Origin: an uncultured Chloroflexia bacterium
GTDB taxonomy: Bacteria; Chloroflexota; Limnocylindria; Limnocylindrales; CSP1-4
Assembly: GCA_963766735.1 (NCBI GenBank)
Contig: CAVYBU010000017.1
Coordinates: 128,001 to 192,000 of the forward strand
DNA: 64,000 bases
Direction: 5' to 3'
Shown here: positions 36,743 through 47,380 of the stretch, piece by piece
Numbering within the stretch: position 1 is the first letter of the stretch
Layout of the letters: each line of letters starts with the position of its first letter
Notes under the pieces: model-generated
Seen by the model: the letters and a program-made list of their open reading frames with translations, nothing else
Told to the model about the DNA's origin: nothing
Database searches by the model: none
Program-made: the position numbers and the translations under genes

Positions 36743-37690
36743 ATGAGCCTCGACGTCCCGCTCGCGGTCGGCGGGCTCCTGGTCGGGGTCGTCGTCGGGT
36801 TGACCGGCATGGGCGGCGGGGCGTTGATGACTCCCATGCTCGTGTTCCTGTTCAAGGTCGATCCGCTGACGGCGATCTCCAGCGACATCGTGGTCAGCCT
36901 GTTCATGAAGCCCGCCGGCGCCTTCGTGCACCTGCGCCGGGGCACGGTCAATCTCAGGCTGGTGGGATGGCTGTGCCTGGGTTCGGTCCCCGCGGCCTTC
37001 TCCGGCGCCTTCCTCATCAGCCTCGTGCCCTCGAGCGTGCCGCTGGACGCGGTCCTCAAGCACGCCCTCGGCGTCGCGCTGCTGGTCGCAACGGCGGGCC
37101 TGATCGCGCGGGCCGGGTTCCAGATGTGGCGCAAGCGCCTTCCCCTCGGTGAGGGGCCTGCGAAGATGGCCCGGCCCGAGGTCGTGCTGCGGCCGATGCC
37201 CACGGTGCTCATCGGTGCGATCGCCGGCCTCATGGTGGGCCTCACCTCCGTCGGGGCGGGGTCCATCGTCATCGTGGTGCTGCTGTTCATGTACCCCGCG
37301 TTGAAGGCGTCTTCCCTGGTGGGCACTGACCTGACCCAGGCGATCCCGCTGGTCGCCGCGGCAGCCGTCGGCCATCTCCTGTTCGGGAGCTTCTCGATGA
37401 CGGTGGCATCATCGCTGCTGGTGGGGGCTGTCCCGGGTGCCTGGATCGGGGCCCACGCGTCAAGCCGCGCGCCCGGCGGGCTCATTCGCCGCATCCTGGC
37501 GGTTCTCCTGCTGGCTTCGGGGCTGAAGCTGCTCGATGTCCCGTCGGAGCTGGTGCTCGCGGCCGCGGTTGGGGCCCTCGTCTTCGGCAACCTGGCCTGG
37601 ATCGTCATTCGCCGCCGCGTCGCTCCGCGACCAGCCGCCCGACGGGTCGCCGAGGAAGCCCGGGTCGAGCCCGGGGCACCTGTCTCGTGA
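36743..37690 (+). CDS. TSUP / TauE-SafE family sulfur-compound transporter
   Basis: GLTGMGGGALMTP and GLTSVGAGS repeats, LVGTDL. Confidence 0.9.
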   Translation: MSLDVPLAVGGLLVGVVVGLTGMGGGALMTPMLVFLFKVDPLTAISSDIVVSLFMKPAGAFVHLRRGTVNLRLVGWLCLGSVPAAFSGAFLISLVPSSVPLDAVLKHALGVALLVATAGLIARAGFQMWRKRLPLGEGPAKMARPEVVLRPMPTVLIGAIAGLMVGLTSVGAGSIVIVVLLFMYPALKASSLVGTDLTQAIPLVAAAAVGHLLFGSFSMTVASSLLVGAVPGAWIGAHASSRAPGGLIRRILAVLLLASGLKLLDVPSELVLAAAVGALVFGNLAWIVIRRRVAPRPAARRVAEEARVEPGAPVS

Positions 37691-37706
37691 CGATGGTTCC
37701 CGTCGC

Positions 37707-39077
37707 GTGACCGACCAATTCGCCGGCGACGACCTGGCCGACGTCGCCGGAGTCCCGCATCTCGCGCTGGACGACGACGATCTCGACGTCCTCGAACTGG
37801 TGCTGACCGGGGCGCTGCCGGAGCTGCCGTCGCTCGAGGGATGGCCGGACGGGTCCCACGTCGTGCTCACCGACGTCGAGGGAACTCCGTTGGCCAGCGT
37901 CGGACGCCAGGCTGTCGCCGGGTCCGTCCCCAGTGCTCTCCGTTCGCTTGCCCGGGCCGGGGGCATGCTTTGGGATCCGGTGATCCGGCGCCCCGCTTCC
38001 GAGGTTCGGGCCGGGCTGGCGAATGGCCCGCACGAGGATGATGTGCTGGCCCTGATCGTGGACGACGTGCCGACCGTGGCCGACGTAGCCGCGATGGGAC
38101 GGGCGGCCGGCGGTCCGGGCATCCGGGCCGTGCTCGTCGTTGTGCTGGCCGCGCGGCGCGCTCGCCGCGTGGGACAGGTGAGCTGGGGTGGACTGGCTCG
38201 CGCGGCGGTGGCGGCCTCCGCGACGATCGCCGCGCAGCATCCGGCCACGCCCGTGTTGCCTCTGATCGTGCCCTGGCCCGACCGCGGCGCAGAGGTGCCC
38301 CCGGTCGGCGTGGTCCGCTTCGTCGGCGTGGTGCCCGACCTCGCCGCGGTGCTCGCCGCCTACGGAGCGCGGCAGGCCATGCGCGTGACGGGGCTCCGCA
38401 GCCCCGACGACGCCGAGCGTGTCGCGTCGCTGACGGGAGCACAGGAGAGGCTGGTCCGGGACCTGTACCCGCCGGAGTCGGCGCCGGACGTGCTGCGGGC
38501 CCTCGAGGCCGATCGGTCTGCACACCGCCGCGGCGCCGTCGTCCTGTTCACCGGGCTGTCGGGATCGGGCAAGTCCACGATCGCCCGCGCTCTCACCGAG
38601 GACCTTGCCGACCGCTGGTCGCGTGAGGTCACGCTGCTCGACGGCGACGAGGTTCGCCGCCACCTGTCGGCCGGCCTGGGCTTCGACGAGCGGTCGCGCG
38701 CAATCAACGTGGAGCGCATCGGCTACGTTGCGGCCCTGGTCGCCGAGCACGGGGGGATCGCCATCGCGGCGCCCATCGCCCCGTTCGCCTCAAGCCGGAG
38801 CCGCGTCCGCGAGATGGCCCGCCAGCACGGGGCGTTCGTGCTGGTCCACGTCGCCACGCCGCTTGACGTCTGCGAGGCCCGTGACCGCAAGGGCATGTAT
38901 GCCCGTGCCCGCGCCGGAGAGATCCCTGACTTCACCGGGATCTCGTCCCCGTACGAGGCGCCCGATGACGCCGACGTCGTGATCGACACGACGAGCACCA
39001 GCGTGGACGACGCCGTCAGCCTGGTCCGCGACACACTGGAGGACCGGCTTGCCGCGGCGAGGGTGCCGCCAGCCTGA
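37707..39077 (+). CDS. cysC: Adenylyl-sulfate kinase with a degenerate N-terminal Sat-like region
   Basis: C-terminal FTGLSGSGKSTIA, LLDGDEVR, CEARDRKGMY, FTGISSPYEAP. The N-terminal ~270 aa resemble ATP-sulfurylase remnants without an obvious catalytic motif. Confidence 0.85.
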   Translation: MTDQFAGDDLADVAGVPHLALDDDDLDVLELVLTGALPELPSLEGWPDGSHVVLTDVEGTPLASVGRQAVAGSVPSALRSLARAGGMLWDPVIRRPASEVRAGLANGPHEDDVLALIVDDVPTVADVAAMGRAAGGPGIRAVLVVVLAARRARRVGQVSWGGLARAAVAASATIAAQHPATPVLPLIVPWPDRGAEVPPVGVVRFVGVVPDLAAVLAAYGARQAMRVTGLRSPDDAERVASLTGAQERLVRDLYPPESAPDVLRALEADRSAHRRGAVVLFTGLSGSGKSTIARALTEDLADRWSREVTLLDGDEVRRHLSAGLGFDERSRAINVERIGYVAALVAEHGGIAIAAPIAPFASSRSRVREMARQHGAFVLVHVATPLDVCEARDRKGMYARARAGEIPDFTGISSPYEAPDDADVVIDTTSTSVDDAVSLVRDTLEDRLAAARVPPA

Positions 39078-39111
39078 GCGTCCGCCGGCCAGTCGGGTCC
39101 GGGGCCGTGCC

Positions 39112-40356
39112 TCAGTCCGCGCGGCGGACGATCCCGCTGACGCGATCGCGCAGCGCGGTCCAGCTTGCCCCGGCCGCACGCATGACACGCAGGGCGACGA
39201 CAACGAGGACCCGCAAGGTCGGGACACGCGCCATCTCGATCGGCTCGGCGAACGGGAACCGTCCGGGGCCCTTCGCTTCGCGTCGGGCTCCCCCGGTTGC
39301 GATTAGGACGCCCATCGCCATCGATGCCGCGATCTCGGGCGAAAGGCTGACCTCCGGGCCGCGTGTGTCGTCGGCCCGGCCCTCCGGGGCCTGCGCCAGT
39401 GCCTCCAGGTCGCCGACCACCCGAACCCCGGAGGTCGCAATGGTGCCGATCATCTCGCGGGCGACCTCGCACGCGCGGTCGACCGCCCACTGTGGTGCCC
39501 GCACCGCTGGTTCGTCCGGCTCGGGCCTCCGGCGCTTCATGACCTGGGCGGCCCCGAGGCGCATGGCCCGGGCATGTTGCGCCTTGCTCAGGCCCTCGGC
39601 CTTGGCCGCGATGTTGAAGGCACGGACCGCCTCCGCCTCCGGCATCGTGAGCGAGCGGTTGGCCAGATCCGGGACGGTTGTCAGGGTGCCTCTTCTCAGG
39701 CCGAGAAGCTGCTCGAAGACACGCAGGACCATGTCGTGGTCGCGTTCATCGACCACGATCGCCGTGACGTTCTCGGGGCCCACGACCTCGGCCCAGCGCG
39801 CGATGAGCTCGTCGTGACGCTGCATGTACCAGAAGGCGCGTCTTGCGTCCCCCGGCGGCGGGTTGAATAGCCTGTCCAGCCAGGTGTCGAACGGCGTGGT
39901 CGTGCCGGACTGGACGACCTGCTGCCACATCGACGGGAGGATCCTGGCAAGCGGGCGCAGCGTGACCGCGATCTGGACACGGGAAGGGTCGAGGTCCTTG
40001 ACGATTCGCCGGATGGCGGCCGGATCTGCCCACGCGAAGTACTCGCTGCTGATCACAACCCGAGGCTCCTTCGCCCGCTCGATCTGGCGGACGAGGCCGT
40101 GCCAGCGGCGAATCGGCGGCGCCTCCTCCTCCGAGTAGGTCGACGCCTGGCCGGTGACGGCCCGGGCGGCTGCCGCGGGGTTTCGGTCCCGGCCCGCGTG
40201 TCGCACGCCCTGCTCCAGCATCGCCGGCCGCCCGACGTACAGTGCCGCCTGGAGCGACGTCGTGCCCGTCTTGTGAGGCCCGATGTGGATGAGCCGCGTC
40301 CCGCTGGGCAGGAGCAGCGTCCCGTCGTCAGCCGTTGGCGTCATGGAAACTGGCAC
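39112..40356 (-). CDS. Putative PAPS-dependent sulfotransferase
   Basis: IHIGPHKTGTTSLQ 5'-PSB loop, VISSEYF, LRPLARILPSMWQQ 3'-PB motif, NRSL. GTG start with AAGGAG RBS. Confidence 0.78.
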   Translation of the reverse strand: MPVSMTPTADDGTLLLPSGTRLIHIGPHKTGTTSLQAALYVGRPAMLEQGVRHAGRDRNPAAAARAVTGQASTYSEEEAPPIRRWHGLVRQIERAKEPRVVISSEYFAWADPAAIRRIVKDLDPSRVQIAVTLRPLARILPSMWQQVVQSGTTTPFDTWLDRLFNPPPGDARRAFWYMQRHDELIARWAEVVGPENVTAIVVDERDHDMVLRVFEQLLGLRRGTLTTVPDLANRSLTMPEAEAVRAFNIAAKAEGLSKAQHARAMRLGAAQVMKRRRPEPDEPAVRAPQWAVDRACEVAREMIGTIATSGVRVVGDLEALAQAPEGRADDTRGPEVSLSPEIAASMAMGVLIATGGARREAKGPGRFPFAEPIEMARVPTLRVLVVVALRVMRAAGASWTALRDRVSGIVRRAD

Positions 40357-40490
40357 ATCTTCTCCTTCTGCGAACCCACCCCAACCATACCGGGCCTGCG
40401 CGGGCCCGTGGGCAACCGGACGATCGCCTGGCGGGCGCGACGTCGTTCCGGCCCCGTTTCGGCGACCATCCCGGGTGCTAGATTCGGGCG

Positions 40491-41719
40491 ATGGGCATCC
40501 GGATCCGCAACCTCGCCCCGGAGGAGCTGGGCTCCTTCATCGAGGTGATCAGCACCGCGTTTCTGGACCGGCCGGACGTGGCGCGCGTCGCCGAGGTCAT
40601 CAGACCCCGGTGGGAGCCCGCGCGAACGTGGGGTGCCTTCGACGGGGATCGCCTGTGCGGCACGTTCAGATCCTCGACGACGGAGCTCACGGTTCCAGGC
40701 GGTGCCCTCCTGCCGGGATCGGCGATCTCGGCCGTCACGGTCCTGCCGACGCATCGGCGCCGCGGGATCCTGACCGGCATGATGACCGCGGAGCACGCGG
40801 CGATCCGTGAGCGCGGAGAGGCTGTCGGGCTGCTCTACTCGGCGGAGTACGCGATCTACGGCAGGTTCGGGTACGGGCCCGCCTGCCGGACCGCGACCTG
40901 GACGTTGGATGCCGCCGCGACGGGGTTCCACGGGGCGCCCGTGTCCGGCGTCGAGCTGGCGTCGCCGGGCCCGGAGAGTCGCGACGCGATGATGGCCGTA
41001 TTCGATGCCTGGCGCGCGCGTCAGCCGGGCGAGATCGGGCGGCGTCCGCACCGGTGGGACGATGACCTGGGGCTGGTGGACTCACCCTGGGGCGAGCGCT
41101 GGAAGGGTTTCCTCGCCTTCCATCGGGATGCGGCGGGCGCCGTCGATGGCTACGCCCGGTACCGGGCGGAGCAGAAGTGGGAGCACCGCCAGCCGCGGAG
41201 CACGCTCTCGGTCAACGAGCTCCACGCGCTCACCGACGCGGCCCGTCTCGCCCTGTGGCGGTTCCTCGCCGAGACCGATCTCGTCTCGACCGTCGTCGCC
41301 GAGGGCCGCAGCCCGTCGGACCCGTTGCCCTGGATGCTGACGAACGCGCGAGCGGCTCGCGTCACGGACATCGGCGATGGCCTCTGGGTCCGGCTGTTCG
41401 ACGTGGGGCGGGCTCTCGAGGCGCGCACGTACGAGGTGGCCGGCAGCCTCGTGCTGGAGGTGGTGGATGCTGCCGCCGACGGAGGTCGATCGCGGCTGGC
41501 CCTGGATGCGGGACCCGATGGTGCCACGTGCCGCCCGACGGACTGGACGCGGATCTCGTGGTGCCGGTGGCGGCCCTCGGCTCGGCGTACCTCGGCGGAA
41601 CCCGCCTCCGCGATGCCGTCCTTGGGACCGGGTTCGAGGAGCTGACGCCCGGAGCCCTGGCCGCGGCGGACCGGCTCTTCCGCGCCGCCGACGAGCCCTG
41701 GTGTTCGTCCGGCTTCTGA
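40491..41719 (+). CDS. Eis-like GNAT acetyltransferase with SCP2-like C-terminus, apparent -1 frameshift near 41543
   Basis: VTVLPTHRRRGIL, LYSAEYAIYGRFGYG, LWVRLFDV; continues as DADLVVPVAALGSAYLGG...PWCSSGF in another frame. Confidence 0.85.
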
Positions 41720-41797
41720 TCGCTTCCGTCGCCCCGATGCGGGTATGATCGGCTCAGCGCCCGCGCTGCGGTGCCGCGCCCACAACACAGTGAGGGA

Positions 41798-42274
41798 ATG
41801 TCGCCCATGACCACCAAGGATCTCGTCGATCGCTTCCGGAAGCCGGCGCTGCCGCTCCTCGCGCTCGTCGCCGTGTCCGCTGCCGCCTGTAACAACGTCG
41901 GCACCAACCAGGTCACCTTCTGGGACATCATCTGGTCGATGATCTTCTTCTACTTCGTGTTCATGGTCATCTGGGTCTGGATCTCGGTCATCGGCGACAT
42001 CTTCCGCCGCGACGACATGTCCGGGGTCTCCAAGGCCATCTGGATCATTGCGATCATCTTCCTCCCGCTCCTCGGCTGCCTGATCTACCTGATCACCCGG
42101 CCCAAGGTCACGGCGCAGGACGTCCAGATCATGACCCAGGCCGATGCCGCCGCCAAGGCCGCCGCGGGCGTGTCCTCCGCGGACCAGATCGAGAAGCTCA
42201 ACCAGCTGCTCGCCTCCGGCGCGATCACCCAGCCGGAGTACGAGACGCTCAAGGCGAAGGCGATCGCGGGCTAG
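41798..42274 (+). CDS. PLDc N-terminal / SHOCT domain membrane protein with possible lipobox
   Basis: DIFRRDDMSGVSKAIW...PLLGCLIYLITR and QIEKLNQLLASGAITQPEYETLKAK. N-terminal AAAC. Confidence 0.8.
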   Translation: MSPMTTKDLVDRFRKPALPLLALVAVSAAACNNVGTNQVTFWDIIWSMIFFYFVFMVIWVWISVIGDIFRRDDMSGVSKAIWIIAIIFLPLLGCLIYLITRPKVTAQDVQIMTQADAAAKAAAGVSSADQIEKLNQLLASGAITQPEYETLKAKAIAG

Positions 42275-42480
42275 CCTCGCGGCAGCGACGCTGCTCGGGC
42301 GGCGTGCATGACGGCCTCACCGGCCGCCGCGCACGCCGCCTTTCGTTGTCAGAACCGGCGCCGCCCGCCCGTGGTAGCGTCCCGCCGGATCCGGCATGGA
42401 CCGCCTGGGGCGTTGCGTACCCTGCTCCCGGCGGCTGCCCACGACTTGCCAACCGTACAACTCATGGAGGATTTCGCTCG

Positions 42481-42900
42481 ATGCTGCGACGTACAGTGCT
42501 GGGGCTCCTTATTGCGGGGATTGCCGTCTCGGTGACCGCCTGCGGGATCCTGGGCGGCGGCAGTGACCTGACCGGCAAGACCTGGAGATGGGTGGCCTCG
42601 ACCACCGCGGCACCCGCGAGCCAGAGCGTGACGCCCGACCCCCTGAACTACACGATCGAGTTCAACTCGGACGGCTCGTACGCGGGCAAGGCGGACTGCA
42701 ACCAGATTGCAGGCGACTACACCGTCTCAGACAACTCGCTCACGATTGCGCAGGGACCCTCCACGATGGCGTTCTGCGGCGAGGAGTCGGCCGACCAGAT
42801 GTTCCTGGCCGGCTTGCTGTCCACCACGACCTACAAGATCAACGCGGGAGCGCTCACGCTGACCAACGAGGCCGGTGACACCATGACGTTCAACAGCTGA
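42481..42900 (+). CDS. META domain lipoprotein
   Basis: Signal peptide ending VTAC, LTGKTWRW, ADCNQ, STMAFC. Confidence 0.85.
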   Translation: MLRRTVLGLLIAGIAVSVTACGILGGGSDLTGKTWRWVASTTAAPASQSVTPDPLNYTIEFNSDGSYAGKADCNQIAGDYTVSDNSLTIAQGPSTMAFCGEESADQMFLAGLLSTTTYKINAGALTLTNEAGDTMTFNS

Positions 42901-42996
42901 GCCCACCACCCGACCGGCTCTCGCGGCCGCGGCAGGCCACCGGGCGTTCCCGCCTGGTTTGCCCCGGGGCCGGGTGCAGAGCCGTTCCGATCCAAC

Positions 42997-43023
42997 AGGG
43001 GGCGCCGGCAACGGCGCCCCTTT
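42997..43023 (+). terminator. Intrinsic terminator
   Basis: GGGGCGCCG-GCAA-CGGCGCCCC-TTT. Confidence 0.7.
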
Positions 43024-43053
43024 GCCGTTCAGTGGAACCTCCAGTGCCCGCGA

Positions 43054-43097
43054 TTGACGGATCGGCCTCTAATTCCGATAATTCCACTAGGGATTAG
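43054..43097 (+). promoter_or_regulatory. Sigma70-type sufB promoter with overlapping palindromic operator
   Basis: TTGACG (43054-59), 17-nt spacer, GATAAT (43077-82). CTAATTCC...GGGATTAG imperfect inverted repeat at 43069-43097. Confidence 0.65.
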
Positions 43098-43177
43098 CCC
43101 GCGACCCCCGTCCCTGAGGTCGCGGCATCCCGATCGACGACCCCAGAGCGCGGCCGCCGGCCTTGAACGGAGCAGCG

Positions 43178-44581
43178 ATGACCTCGACCCGCGACCTCGT
43201 CACCGATGAGCGCGACCAGTTCGCCTTCCACGACGACATCGTCTACCTGGCGGAGACGAAGCGCGGCCTGACGCGCGACACCGTCGAGGAGATCAGCCGC
43301 TTCAAGGACGAGCCGGACTGGATGCTCCAGTACCGACTCCGCGCCTACGAGCACTTCCTGAAGCGGAAGATGCCGACCTGGGGCGGGCGCCTCGCGGACA
43401 TCGACCTGGACAAGATCGTCTACTACCGCAAGCCATCCGAGCGCGAAGAGAAGTCGTGGGACGACGTCCCGGAGAAGATCAAGGCGACGTTCGAGAAGCT
43501 CGGGATCCCGGAGGCGGAGCGCAAGTTCCTGGCCGGAGTCGGCGCCCAGTACGACTCCGAGGTCGTGTACCACTCCGTGCGCGAGGAGCTGTCCAAGATC
43601 GGCGTCGTGTTCATGGGCACCGACCAGGCGCTCAAGGAGTACCCGGAGATCTTCCGCCAGCACTTCGGCACCGTCGTCCCGGCCGAGGACAACAAGTTCG
43701 CCGCGCTCAATGCCGCGGTGTGGTCGGGCGGCTCCTTCGTCTACGTGCCGAAGGGCGTCGAGGTCCCGCTTCCGCTCCAGGCCTACTTCCGCATCAACGG
43801 CGAGAACACGGGTCAGTTCGAACGGACGCTGATCGTCGTCGACGAAGGCGCCAAGGTTCACTACATCGAGGGCTGCACGGCCCCGATCTATGCGACGGAC
43901 TCGCTCCATGCCGCCGTCGTCGAGGTCGTCGCGCTCGCCGGCTCCAAGGTCCGCTACACGACCATCCAGAACTGGTCCAACGACGTCTACAACCTGGTGA
44001 CGAAGCGGGCTCATGCCTACGCCCGTTCAACCGTGGAGTGGGTCGACGCCAACACCGGGTCCCGCCTCACGATGAAGTACCCCGCGATCTACCTCCGCGG
44101 CGAGGGCGCCACTGCCGAGGTCATCTCGGTGGCCGTCGCGGGCCGCGGCCAGCACCAGGACACTGGCGCCAAGGCCGTCCACCTGGCGCCGAACACCACC
44201 TCCCGCATCGTGTCCAAGTCCGTCTCCAAGGACGGCGGGCGCGCGACGTACCGCGGTCAGCTCAAGGTGGCCCCCGGCGCAACCGGCGTCACGGCCAGCG
44301 TCCGCTGTGACGCGCTGATGCTGGACGATCAGAGCCGCTCGGACACCTACCCCTACATCGACATCCAGGAAGACGACACGACGATGACCCACGAGGCCAC
44401 CGTCGGCAAGGTCTCCACGGAGCAGGTCTTCTACCTGATGAGCCGCGGGCTGACCGAGAACGAGGCGACCAACCTCATCGTGCAGGGCTTCCTCGAAGTG
44501 TTCACGAAGGAGCTGCCGATGGAGTACGCCATCGAGTTCAACCGGCTCGTCAAGCTGGAGATGGAAGGGTCGCTGGGATGA
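43178..44581 (+). CDS. sufB: Fe-S cluster assembly protein SufB
   Basis: [50 protein letters not shown]. Confidence 0.96.
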   Translation: MTSTRDLVTDERDQFAFHDDIVYLAETKRGLTRDTVEEISRFKDEPDWMLQYRLRAYEHFLKRKMPTWGGRLADIDLDKIVYYRKPSEREEKSWDDVPEKIKATFEKLGIPEAERKFLAGVGAQYDSEVVYHSVREELSKIGVVFMGTDQALKEYPEIFRQHFGTVVPAEDNKFAALNAAVWSGGSFVYVPKGVEVPLPLQAYFRINGENTGQFERTLIVVDEGAKVHYIEGCTAPIYATDSLHAAVVEVVALAGSKVRYTTIQNWSNDVYNLVTKRAHAYARSTVEWVDANTGSRLTMKYPAIYLRGEGATAEVISVAVAGRGQHQDTGAKAVHLAPNTTSRIVSKSVSKDGGRATYRGQLKVAPGATGVTASVRCDALMLDDQSRSDTYPYIDIQEDDTTMTHEATVGKVSTEQVFYLMSRGLTENEATNLIVQGFLEVFTKELPMEYAIEFNRLVKLEMEGSLG

Positions 44582-45981
44582 CGGAGATCGCCGATCCTGC
44601 GTCGCTTGCCGGCCGCCCGGCGCGGGCACCCCGCCGCTCCCCTGCGGACCTTCCGTTCGCCTTCGTGGATCGCCGGCTCGTGGAGGCGCTGGCCGCCGAA
44701 CGCGCCGAGCCCGAATGGCTCCTGGAGGATCGCCTCGCCGCACTCGCCCTGTTCGAGGCGCTGCCGGTCGAGAGCAGCCAGCTCTACACGCCATACGTGG
44801 ACCTTCGGGCCGCGTCCCTGGATGGCGCCGCGCCGTACACGGTCACCGGGAACGCCGCCGCGGAATCCGCGGCCGGGCTACCGGACGGCGTTGCCGGGCT
44901 GCTGGAGTTGCGCGAGGACGAGGTCGCGGTCGTCGCCCTGTCGGACGCAGCACGCGCGGCCGGCGTCCGCCTTCTCACGCTGGGCGAGCTGGTTGCCACC
45001 CACGAGCCGCTCGCCCGCGAGCTGCTGGCCGGTGGTGCACTGATTCCCGCGGACGAGAAGCTCGCGGAGCTCTCGCGCGCGGCCTGGACCCACGGCGTGC
45101 TCGTGCACGTCCCAGCCGGCGTCCGCGTCGAAGAGCCCATTGTCGTCCGCTGGGCCGTCGGTGCTCCGCGGTCCGTCATCGGGCGCACGCTGATCGTTCT
45201 CGGCGAGGGCGCCGAGGCCTCCGTGGTGGAGGAGCTCGTGGCGTCCGACGGCGTTGCGGCCGGCGCCCAGGCGCTCCTGTGCGCCACGACGGAGATCCGG
45301 CTGGGCGCTCACGCGCGCCTCGCGATGGCCAGCCTCCAGGAGACCGGTCCGGACCAGGTCGTGTTCCAGCAGCGGCGCGCGGAGATCGGCGAGGCAGCAG
45401 ACCTGCGCTGGGCGCTCGCTCAGCTCGGCGGCCGGCTCGTGCGCTCGCGCGTCGACAACGTCCTGGCCGGCGACCGGAGCACGGTCGAGCAGGTCGAGAT
45501 CGTGTTCGGCGCCGACGACCAGCTCCACGACCTGACCTCCTACACGCGTCACGTCGGTCGCGATACCACGGGGCAGCTGCAGTCGAAGGGCGTGCTCATG
45601 GACAGGGCCCGGACCTACATGAAGGGCCTGATCCAGATCGAGAAGACCGCGATCGGGACCGACAGCTACCTCGGCGAGTTCGGCATGAACCTCTCGAAGG
45701 CTTCCCGCGCCGTGGCGATCCCGTCGCTCGAGATCGACCAGCCCGACTGCCGGCGGGCCGCGCATTCGTCCTCCGTAGGGCCGATCGACGAGAACCAGCT
45801 CTTCTACCTCGAGAGCCGCGGGATCCCTCCGGACGATGCTCGCAAGTTCATCGTGCTCGGGTTCCTGGAGCCGGTCGTGACCCGGGTCCCGCTCGAGGAG
45901 GCGCAGCACCGCCTGCGCGAGGCGCTGGAGGCGAAGTGGAATGCCGGGGTCGCGGGCGCTGACACCGCGTCGGCGGCCTGA
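44578..45981 (+). CDS. sufD: Fe-S cluster assembly protein SufD
   Basis: Beta-helix, [28 protein letters not shown] overlap with sufB. Confidence 0.9.
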   Translation: MTEIADPASLAGRPARAPRRSPADLPFAFVDRRLVEALAAERAEPEWLLEDRLAALALFEALPVESSQLYTPYVDLRAASLDGAAPYTVTGNAAAESAAGLPDGVAGLLELREDEVAVVALSDAARAAGVRLLTLGELVATHEPLARELLAGGALIPADEKLAELSRAAWTHGVLVHVPAGVRVEEPIVVRWAVGAPRSVIGRTLIVLGEGAEASVVEELVASDGVAAGAQALLCATTEIRLGAHARLAMASLQETGPDQVVFQQRRAEIGEAADLRWALAQLGGRLVRSRVDNVLAGDRSTVEQVEIVFGADDQLHDLTSYTRHVGRDTTGQLQSKGVLMDRARTYMKGLIQIEKTAIGTDSYLGEFGMNLSKASRAVAIPSLEIDQPDCRRAAHSSSVGPIDENQLFYLESRGIPPDDARKFIVLGFLEPVVTRVPLEEAQHRLREALEAKWNAGVAGADTASAA

Positions 45982-46065
45982 TCCCCGGTCCCTGGCCTGA
46001 CGGGCACCGCGTCGGCGGCCTGACCGCCGTGCGCCTGCCTGACGGGCACCGCGTCGGCGGCCTGA
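45963..46065 (+). repeat. Three copies of CACCGCGTCGGCGGCCTGA at exact 42-bp period, the first being the end of sufD
   Basis: Copies at 45963-45981, 46005-46023 and 46047-46065. Copies 2 and 3 extend to 29 bp (GCCTGACGGG prefix). Confidence 0.85.
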
Positions 46066-46156
46066 CCTTCACCCGCCGGCCCGATGGCCGCCGCTGTCCG
46101 GACCAGCCCGACCGGCCCGGCTGGCCCGCCGCCGCCCAGCCGGGTACGATCCGCTT

Positions 46157-46501
46157 GTGAGCCGCAGCATTGACCTCCTCGCCGCCGCCGACCTGGCGGA
46201 GGGCGAGATGTGCATGGTCTGGGTGGACCAGACCGATCCCGTGCTGGTCGTGCACCTCAACGGGGAGTTCACCGCCTTCCAGGGAACGTGCTCGCACGAG
46301 TACTTCGAGCTGGACAGCGGTTTCCTCACGGCGGGCACGCTGACCTGTGCGCTGCACCTGTCGCGCTTCGATCTGTCGGACGGCGAGCCGCTGGATCCGC
46401 CCGCGGAGCTGCCGCTGGCGGTCTACTCGGTAGAGTTGGTGGACGGCCGGGTGACGATCGAGGTGCCTGACGGCCCGCTCGAGGTCCACGAGGAGACGTA
46501 G
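46157..46501 (+). CDS. Rieske [2Fe-2S] ferredoxin
   Basis: CSH...CALH ligands. Confidence 0.9.
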   Translation: MSRSIDLLAAADLAEGEMCMVWVDQTDPVLVVHLNGEFTAFQGTCSHEYFELDSGFLTAGTLTCALHLSRFDLSDGEPLDPPAELPLAVYSVELVDGRVTIEVPDGPLEVHEET

Positions 46502-46562
46502 CGGACCGGGGCCCGGGTCGCGCGGCCCGGATCTGGCAGTCCGCGTTGCTCCGACCGCGCCG

Positions 46563-47282
46563 CTAGTCGATCAGCGTGCCGCCGTTGATGTCGACCACCT
46601 CGCCCGTGATGTAGCCGGCTTCCCCCGAGGCCAGGAACGTGACCAGCGCCGCAACCTCCTCCGGCGTCCCCATGCGCCCGACCGGCACCCGTGACACGAG
46701 GTCCCTTGCGCCGGCCGTGACCTCGGTGCCGATCAGCGCGGGCGCCACGATGTTGGCCGTGATGCCGTCCTTCGCATACTCGATCGCGATCGACTTCGCC
46801 AGCGTCATCAGGCCGGCCTTTGAGGCGGCATACGCAGCCGACCGCGCCCCACCGGACTTCCCGGCCGCCGCCCCGATCGCCACGACGCGTCCGTAGCCCA
46901 GCGCGCGCATCCCGGGCAGGGCCCGGCGGGCGACGAAGAACGCGCCCGTCAGGTTGATCGCGAGCGTCCGCTCCCAGAGGTCGGTGGAGGTCTTCTCCAG
47001 GCTGACGGGCGTGAAGATCCCGGCGTTGAGGATCAGCACCGACGCGGTGCCCAGCTGCCGCTCGATCTCGGCAAACGCGGCCTCCACGGCGGCCTCATCG
47101 CTGATGTCCGCCTCGAGGCCCAGGATCCCCGGGACCTCAGGAGGCGTGAGGTCCAGCGTCGCCACCCGGGCGCCGTTGGCCGCGAGCGCCTGGGCGATGC
47201 ACAGGCCGATTCCGCGCCCCGCACCCGTGACGACCGCGACTCGATCCTGCAGCCCGTCGACCGTGACCATCGGTGCCTCCAT
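46563..47282 (-). CDS. SDR family oxidoreductase (FabG-like)
   Basis: TGAGRGIG, NAG, YAASK, ITGEVVDINGG. Confidence 0.9.
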   Translation of the reverse strand: MEAPMVTVDGLQDRVAVVTGAGRGIGLCIAQALAANGARVATLDLTPPEVPGILGLEADISDEAAVEAAFAEIERQLGTASVLILNAGIFTPVSLEKTSTDLWERTLAINLTGAFFVARRALPGMRALGYGRVVAIGAAAGKSGGARSAAYAASKAGLMTLAKSIAIEYAKDGITANIVAPALIGTEVTAGARDLVSRVPVGRMGTPEEVAALVTFLASGEAGYITGEVVDINGGTLID

Positions 47283-47380
47283 CGCGTGTCGGTCGCTCGA
47301 TCGTCCGGTCGGCGACGACGGCTACCTTAGCCGAGGCGGGTGCGTCCCGGGGTGTCCGCGGGCACCACGCGGGTCTGACC

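Noticed and set aside
42915-42984. Long hairpin whose reverse strand contains GGCAAACC, reminiscent of a c-di-GMP-I riboswitch
   Set aside because: Lacks the following GACGCAAA and second stem, and has no downstream gene in that orientation. Treated as an ordinary intergenic hairpin pending an Rfam scan.
45963-46065. CRISPR array
   Set aside because: Only three units, inserts about 13 nt, no leader or cas genes, and the repeat derives from the sufD 3' end.
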